In this document: piece after piece, positions 57,320 through 64,000 of the stretch
How the letters are laid out: every line of letters begins with the position of its first letter
Position numbering within the stretch: the stretch's first letter is position 1
Notes under the pieces: generated by a model
Databases searched by the model: none
What the model was told of the DNA's origin: nothing
What the model saw: only the letters and a program-made list of their open reading frames with translations
Origin: Octopus vulgaris
Lineage: Eukaryota
Direction of reading: 5' to 3'
DNA: 64,000 nucleotides
Assembly (NCBI GenBank): GCA_951406725.2
Contig: OX597830.1
Coordinates: 39,742,001-39,806,000 of the forward strand
Translations under genes and position numbers: made by a program

Positions 57320-57560
57320 TTCAACGCCTGTACGTTTGCAATTATTTGCCAAAGAAATTGAGAAATCTACAAAGGGTGGGTGAAAATGCATTGAAGAAGC
57401 ACTTGGAGACTATCTGCCATTCAAGACGAACCAGCATGAGTGCACGAAAGGCAAACGAGGGCAGTGGTATTAAACTCTTTCGTTCACCAAAAGCTAACAA
57501 TAGAAGGAGATTTGTAGAAACAGTAACAAATACACATGCGGTGATCTAGTATGGCCACCC
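57320..57560 (+). mobile_element. Possible CR1-like LINE C-terminal remnant
   Basis: QRL..CNYLPKKLRNL......LKKHLE resembles the RLFN.LP..RN...FK..LD pattern; weak. Confidence 0.35.
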
Positions 57561-57744
57561 ACTCCCATCTGGGCAGGACCGAATGAAGGAAAAACGGAAA
57601 AGAGTAAAATAATCGGTAAAAACTATGTGCTCTGAGCTCGGAGATTGCTTGGGGGCACAAGGCGCGTTATATAAATCTGCCTAATCTCAGTGTCTCTATG
57701 ACAAGGAAGTATTTGTAGGTCTTATTTTAAATATTGTGTACATT

Positions 57745-57820
<76 letters not shown>

Positions 57821-57864
57821 CACACATATGTATATATACTGCCGTGAGTGTATATATGTATATA

Positions 57865-57909
<45 letters not shown>

Positions 57910-58439
57910 TGTTATATGCAGCCATAGGCATGTAGTTAAGAAGTTCGCTATGCATACGCGTTGTTCCAGATTCGATCTCAGTGCGTGGTATTTTAGGTAA
58001 GTCTCGTCCACTGTTGGTTTGAACAAAGACTTACGAGTGAAATTTGGTACACACAAACTGTCTAGAACCTGGACCAGTCTTCTGGCCAGAAAGTAACTCT
58101 CTCCTTTCTCCAGTGTAGAACACCCAGAAAAAATGTCACCAGCGCTGCTGTTCTGACCTTGAGAGAAACCATAAAAAAAGAACAACAAAATACAGCTAAC
58201 CCAGCTAAAAGTACCCAAGGCCCGTGTAGTGATGTTAAACCGGATGTTAAATACAACCGGAAATGAATATTTAATATAATCGAATTCAAATTGATACACT
58301 ATTTAGAGTTAAGTGCAGATTCCAGCTCATGATAAGTTACCAACCATACACACGCACTAGTTAAGAAAAATAATACATGACTCTAGCTGAAGACAAATTT
58401 AGCAAATATCTTATAGCCACAACACGTTCTTTAACACGC

Positions 58440-58960
58440 ACTGACAGGCGGATTGCTATGTTTAGAAACTGAGAGAGCTTAACGCAGATCCACTGTGGAT
58501 TTTTTTGTCCTCCATCCATTGACATGACATTCTAGTGATGGCTGCCTTCCGCGTGATGCTGCTCTTAACGAGATCATAAAGCTTGACGTAGACACTGCTG
58601 GTTTCCCTCCCAGTTCGACCCAGCAAAAGGCCTGTTTGCATGATCATTTTCCCGTTCCGTGATGATAGGCTCCTCATCTGAGACACCGCATGTTGTGACA
58701 CTTTCTCCAGCGGCAGTTTGATGTGTTCAGCAACCAGCCCAGGCCCCTCTGCTCGTCAGGCCGAGCATGTTAAGCTGTCACAGTATCGGCCACTCTCTGA
58801 CAGGTTTATGGTCAAGCCCGTGGGAGTGGAGATCTCATATTGGGGTGAGGATGGCTATCCGCAAGTGCGAGTCCCGTGAGTCAGACTTGAATCTCCTTCG
58901 CCATTCTCTGGGACAACGCCTTTTCTATTTTGCCTGCTGGGATCATAAGGCAGTCTGACA
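58440..58960 (+). mobile_element. CRE-like non-LTR retrotransposon restriction-like endonuclease fragment, degraded
   Basis: RDAALNEIIK...AGFP; KRPVCMIIFPF...LI*DTACCDTF...ARQAEHVKLSQY..L...F.VKPVGVE. Confidence 0.7.
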
Positions 58961-59081
58961 AGCCCTTTTTTTATATTTCTCTGCTGTGAGGAAGAGGAAA
59001 GACATGATGATTTGGGCAGGAACTTTCACATCATATCATTAAGTATTATTGTCTGGAAAATTTTGGTAAAGCTTATATTTA

Positions 59082-59312
59082 TTTCTTTATTGCCCACAGG
59101 GGGCTAAACATAGATACGACAAACAAGGACAGATAAAGGGTTTAAGTCGATTACATCGACCCCAGTGTGTAACTGGTGCTTATTGTATCGGCCTCAAAAG
59201 GATGAAAAGCAAAGTCGACCTCGGCGGAATTTGAACTCAGAACGTAACGGCAGACGAAATACCGCAAAGCATTTCGCCCGGCGTGCCAACGACTCTACCA
59301 GCTTGCTGCCTT
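59082..59312 (-). mobile_element. SINE family A with TSD
   Basis: aaagcttatatt on both sides. Confidence 0.85.
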
Positions 59313-60622
59313 AAAGCTTATATTAAATTATCGAATAAAGGGGTGCGTTGGGAAAGGAATTCAAGAAAGATCCGGACAGAACACAACAGAAATGCTTAAG
59401 AATAGATGAGATTTTTTTAAAGACAAAAGATATCCCTATGCTGACAAATGCATTGCAAGATTTATTTTCAATATAGAGAGACATTTGGTTCGCTGCAAAA
59501 TTTCCCCTACAATCGAATAATACTCATTTTACGATAAAGCCTATCCTGGTACACAAAAGGTACATACTAATCTAAATAAGTATTTGTATTGCATACCTTC
59601 ACATAATATTGTAATGTGTAGGTATGCAATGCAGAATTTTTAGCACATCTAAATCCTTTGTTATGCATATATAAACAAACCATATCAAATCCCTCTTCTC
59701 CTTTTACATGCATTTTGCACCGACACAGTACGAAGAAACATTCTATTACAAACTTTATCTCTTAGGTCTTAGATGCTCTAGTACTGTCAGCACAATCGAC
59801 AACGGGCCTTTTTTTCAGGCATCCAGATTGCTCACCTTCTTGGCTCCACTGGGGTTAACTCTCAAGCTATCAGGTCATCTCGTAGCGTACTGCGCCACAC
59901 TTTACTTGGTCCTCCTCTCGGTCTCTTTCCTTCTCCCGGCGTCCATCAAACAGCCCAGTACATCTGATAGACGTTCGAACCTGCCGGAATGTATTGAAAA
60001 TAATATGGAACAGACCGTAACCTTAATTTTTCTATTTTTTTTCATTTTCAGAACAGTGTAACGCCTATTTTGCTTAATATATATCGTTAACGCTTTCCTA
60101 TCAAATTAACAAGTTTTTTGCTGTTAAATTATAATTCACTTCGGTTTCTTAAGTATTGCACTACAAGACGATGTGTGTAGATAAACTCTGCCTAATTGTT
60201 ACTAGAGTTATAATTTTCGGTTCATTTCAAAGAATTCTATTTTATGTAGAAATTTTCATTTTGTTATTAGCAACATTTAATAATAACAATTAAATGCTAA
60301 TATTGTTTTAAAGATTCTTTGTTTGAATATGTAGCTATTGAGATGCCTGTTAATCAAGCTCCGACTGTTAGACATTAAATCTCCCCAGTGTATAATTCTT
60401 AAGTAGATAAAATGGGTGGTATACGCAAAACTAAAAGGCATATGATAGATATAGAGTATTAGTGCACAAACTAGACCAGATACCTAAAATCTTACGTCGA
60501 ATAGAGAGACGGAGTTCAGGTGACTACAAGTTAGATATAAACACTATACCGTCTAAACTAATGAAAGTATAATAAACTAAAAGATGGATACCGATTGTTG
60601 ATAGCGTCAAAACATATATAAG

Positions 60623-60938
60623 ATTCTGTTGTGTCTGGGGAGAGTCATTCTCTTTTGGTGCCTTATAGTATAACGCACTCACCGGTAAAATTTCCACTCA
60701 TTTACTTATTTTATTTATTTATTTGCAACTTTTTTGACTATTGAAAAGGTTGGAATTCGCAACGAAAATTTCATAAAAATAAATAAGTAAATGAGTAGAA
60801 ATTTTACCGGTGAGTGTATTAAATTAGAAGGCACTAAAAGGGAATGGCTCTCCCCAGACACAGCAGAATATGCTTCAACACAGGAACTTATATAAAGAAT
60901 CTTGCAAACCAAATCCAAAATCGAAATATATAAGACTA
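60623..60938. mobile_element. Fold-back pLTR-like unit with a hammerhead-like motif (60736-60774) between the arms
   Basis: Arms ~60623-60720 and ~60776-60870 inverted; TTGAAAA-G-GTTG-gaattcg-CAAC-GAA-AATT-T; tail homologous to 5574-5627. Confidence 0.7.
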
Positions 60939-61098
60939 TTATATAGAAGGAAGTATAAATATGTACAGGGGAGGAAAGAAGTAGAGACAGAAAAATAGGA
61001 AAATAACCGCCAAAACAACCGCCAAAAGACGAGATTCATCGGTGTGCAATACGGCACAGAACGGTAATGAAACGGAATATATATATATATATATATAT

Positions 61099-61149
<51 letters not shown>

Positions 61150-61152
61150 TAT

Positions 61153-61203
<51 letters not shown>

Positions 61204-61233
61204 TTTATACATACATACATTTGTATATATAAG

Positions 61234-62083
61234 CAGGATACCATGGGTAAATTGTCGCCATTTTATACTTTTTATTTCGCGCATGCGCATGTTTCTTTCT
61301 GATTTTGACAACTATTCAATATAGCAGGGCACCGTCTGTGAGAAAAAACAGCACCATGATGCAATTCACTCTACCAGTAAATTGGGAAACGATATGCACT
61401 GCTTGTCATTCGCGCCGGAATCTCCAATGCGAACATTTCAGAGTGTCTGGGTATCAATCTGAGGACAGAGCAATCTGAAGACATGTACTGAGATTGATAA
61501 AAATCAAACATCCAGTCAACATCATGGTGTTTGGAGTGATCACTAGTGGTGGTGAGGTTATGCCTCCATTCATCTTCCCGCACGGGCTCACACTCAACAC
61601 GGAGGTCTACATCAAGTGCCTGGAGGAGGTAGTGCCGCCCTGTGTCAGTAGGGTGGCTGCTAGAAGACCCTGTGTCTGGCTACAGGACTCTGCACCATGC
61701 CACATGAACAGGAAAACCAAGTCATGGCTGTCAGACAATTTCGGCCACCACATCACTCCCCAGAGTGCAACTGCCATGATTATTATGTGGGGCGCAGTTG
61801 AACGAGAGACCGACAAAATTCCTTGTAACACCAAAGACGAAATGAAGGCAAGGATTATGGCAGCAGTCACCAACTTAAACAAGGTGACTGTCCAGAAGTT
61901 TTCAAGAGATTCCGACGTCGTCTGGAGGCCTTGGCTGGAGCCAATAGCGATTTTATTGAATAAATATACTCTTCAGTATTTCAAGATATTTCTTTTTAAT
62001 TTTGGTAAATATATGCGTTAAAATGAGACTTGAGTGCTATTTTCATTCTTGCGTAATTTAGACATTTTATTCACCGCACCCTG
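61234..62083 (+). mobile_element. Degraded Tc1/mariner element (DD37D/maT-like)
   Basis: KHPVNIMVFGVITSGGEVMPPFIF...WLQDSAPCH...WGAVERET; imperfect CAGG...CCTG TIRs. Confidence 0.85.
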
Positions 62084-62336
62084 TATGTATATATATCAAT
62101 ATATATATATATATATATATTCTTTTACTCTTTTACTTGTTTCAATCATTTGACTGCGGCCATGCTGGAGCACCGCCTTCAGTCGAACAAATCGACCCCA
62201 GGACTTATTCTTTGTAAGCCTATTACTTATTCTATCGTTCACTTTTCCCGAACCACTAAGTTACGGGGACGTAGACACACCAACATCGGTTGTCAAGCGA
62301 TTGAGGAGGGACAAACACAGCCTCAAATAACAAATT

Positions 62337-62396
<60 letters not shown>

Positions 62397-62461
62397 CGGC
62401 GGGCTTCTTTCAGTTTCCGTCGAACAAATTCACTCACAAAGCTTTCGATTCTAGGCAGTGA

Positions 62462-62520
<59 letters not shown>

Positions 62521-62584
62521 CAACAACAACAACAACACTGAAAAATACCTTAGGAATGAGAACCCAGATTAGAAATTTCCCCAA

Positions 62585-62630
62585 GACACCTGATGAAGGC
62601 TGGAGGCTATATCAGCCGAAATGTTGTGTT
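62585..62630 (+). ncRNA. Minimal type I hammerhead motif
   Basis: GACAC-CTGATGA-A-GGCTG-gaggctatat-CAGCC-GAA-ATGT-T-GTGTT. Confidence 0.7.
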
Positions 62631-62819
62631 AGCAACAACCAAGATGAGAACAGATATCCGTCAAATGTAAATAATGTAAATAATGAAGATATCCTTGGTC
62701 TGAAGAGTAGTGTGTGGTATACACCTTACTTGGATGTTCACCACTTCAGAGGTCCGCTCGCTATGAAACATATGTAGTCCGGATCTTATCTACTTATCCA
62801 TTCCTCAAGTTTCGTGTAT

Positions 62820-64000
62820 ATATGTATATAAATGGAGTTAAACGCAGGTGTTATTCAAATTCTTTAATTTCTGACACATGTTTCGAAGACAACATTGGTA
62901 TTATTCCAAAGGAATAAAATGGTGTAAAACAACGTAATCTTCTCATCAGGGAAAGAAATAAATAAACCAAACTCATCAATAAGACATTTTAACAGAATGG
63001 GATGGGCGTGTATAATGATGAACGGAACGCCATTAAGTTTTTTTAAGCAGTTTGAGGATATAACGTCAAAGATAGCCTATAGAAAGAGGAGGGGTAAAGG
63101 AAAGAAATAAGGAGAAAACTAATAAATGAGAAATATAGAGCGATTTGTGAGTTAAATAAAAGCTTAAATGCTTGGAAAAAGATATATCTAGTGGAAGTGA
63201 AACGTAAGAAGAAAATCAATGTTCAAATTATATATAATGGTAAATATCACTTATATGAAATAAAGGTATGTTTCTGCCAATGTTTACATCGATAAGCACA
63301 CTATATAACCGTGTTTACAAGAGGATTCTTAGAAAAAAGAATAGAAATTAATTCAGTATTACGGAGTTGGCAGAATTCTTTGCCTTTATCATATGGGAAT
63401 GAGATAGAGAGAATCAACGAATCTAAATCAAATTGTTTATTATGGTCTTTTAGTTACCAAATTAATTTACTAAGCCCTGTACTGTTGCGTTTATTACTAT
63501 CCCTAGATGTAGAGTAATGATTAGAAATTATTTTAGATAACTGAGAAGAAGAACTACCAATATAAAAAAAGACATCGGTACCTGAAGTAATTTTACACTG
63601 GTATATAGAGTTTTTAATCTTAGAATTACTAGGCAAACTTAATTCTGTTGGAATTGACTTCAGAGACAAAAACCTTGTTATTAATATTTCTAGGGGATGG
63701 TTGGTATTAGCTAAATTAATGTTAGTATTAGTAATTGGATTCTTATATAACAGACTAATATTATGTGAGGAGATAATTTGTGAGAGATTTTTTGTGTTAG
63801 AAAACCAATTCTAATCGTGTGCGAGTTGATAATAGAGTAATACCTAGAATTCTTTGGAAAATTCCTAATAATAGTTTCCCGAAGCTGGAAAGGAAGAATA
63901 GATTTAATTTATCTCCCATAAGGAATAATCAACCAAATAGTTTTGTTATTAGTTGCCTTATTTTTAGTGTAACTATCTTTAAAAGACATCGATTTACCTT
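62820..64000 (-). mobile_element. Penelope-like element 3' portion (thumb/linker, GIY-YIG, pLTR), degraded and cut by the window end
   Basis: IWLIIPY..NFPKNSRYYSIIN..IISSHN; NSIYQCKIT...FYIG...ISNHY...STGLSKLIW; FCQL..TE...CKH. Confidence 0.88.
62868..62954 (-). ncRNA. Type I hammerhead ribozyme at a PLE 3' end
   Basis: Minus strand tttcc-CTGATGA-GAAGA..long stem II..TCTTC-GAAA-CATGTG-TC-agaaa. Confidence 0.78.

Overview
AT-rich eukaryotic genomic DNA, almost entirely repeats, with no host protein-coding gene I can support. The SINE families, microsatellite density and TTAGGG repeats suggest an animal, most likely Octopus or another coleoid cephalopod (inference). Most ORFs in the track are translations of (TA)n, (GATA)n and (CATA)n microsatellites. 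The window holds many tRNA-derived SINEs (often multimeric, with TSDs), degraded DNA transposons (mariner, Tc1, DD37D- and DD41D-like, Chapaev3, a Helitron, MITEs), LINE fragments (R4/Dong-like, CRE-like, Tx1/L1-like, RTE) and Penelope-like element (PLE) RT and GIY-YIG remnants. The main non-obvious signal is about a dozen type I hammerhead ribozyme (HHR) motifs. They lie in short, mostly (TA)n-embedded or fold-back units and at PLE 3' ends. They include a tail-to-tail pair of near-canonical HHRs (11336-11681) and core variants that keep the 3-8 base pair (C-G, G-C, U-A). HHRs in PLEs are already known; the variant cores and architectures are what merit testing. All folds and alignments were done by eye, and boundaries are approximate unless a TSD or TIR is cited.
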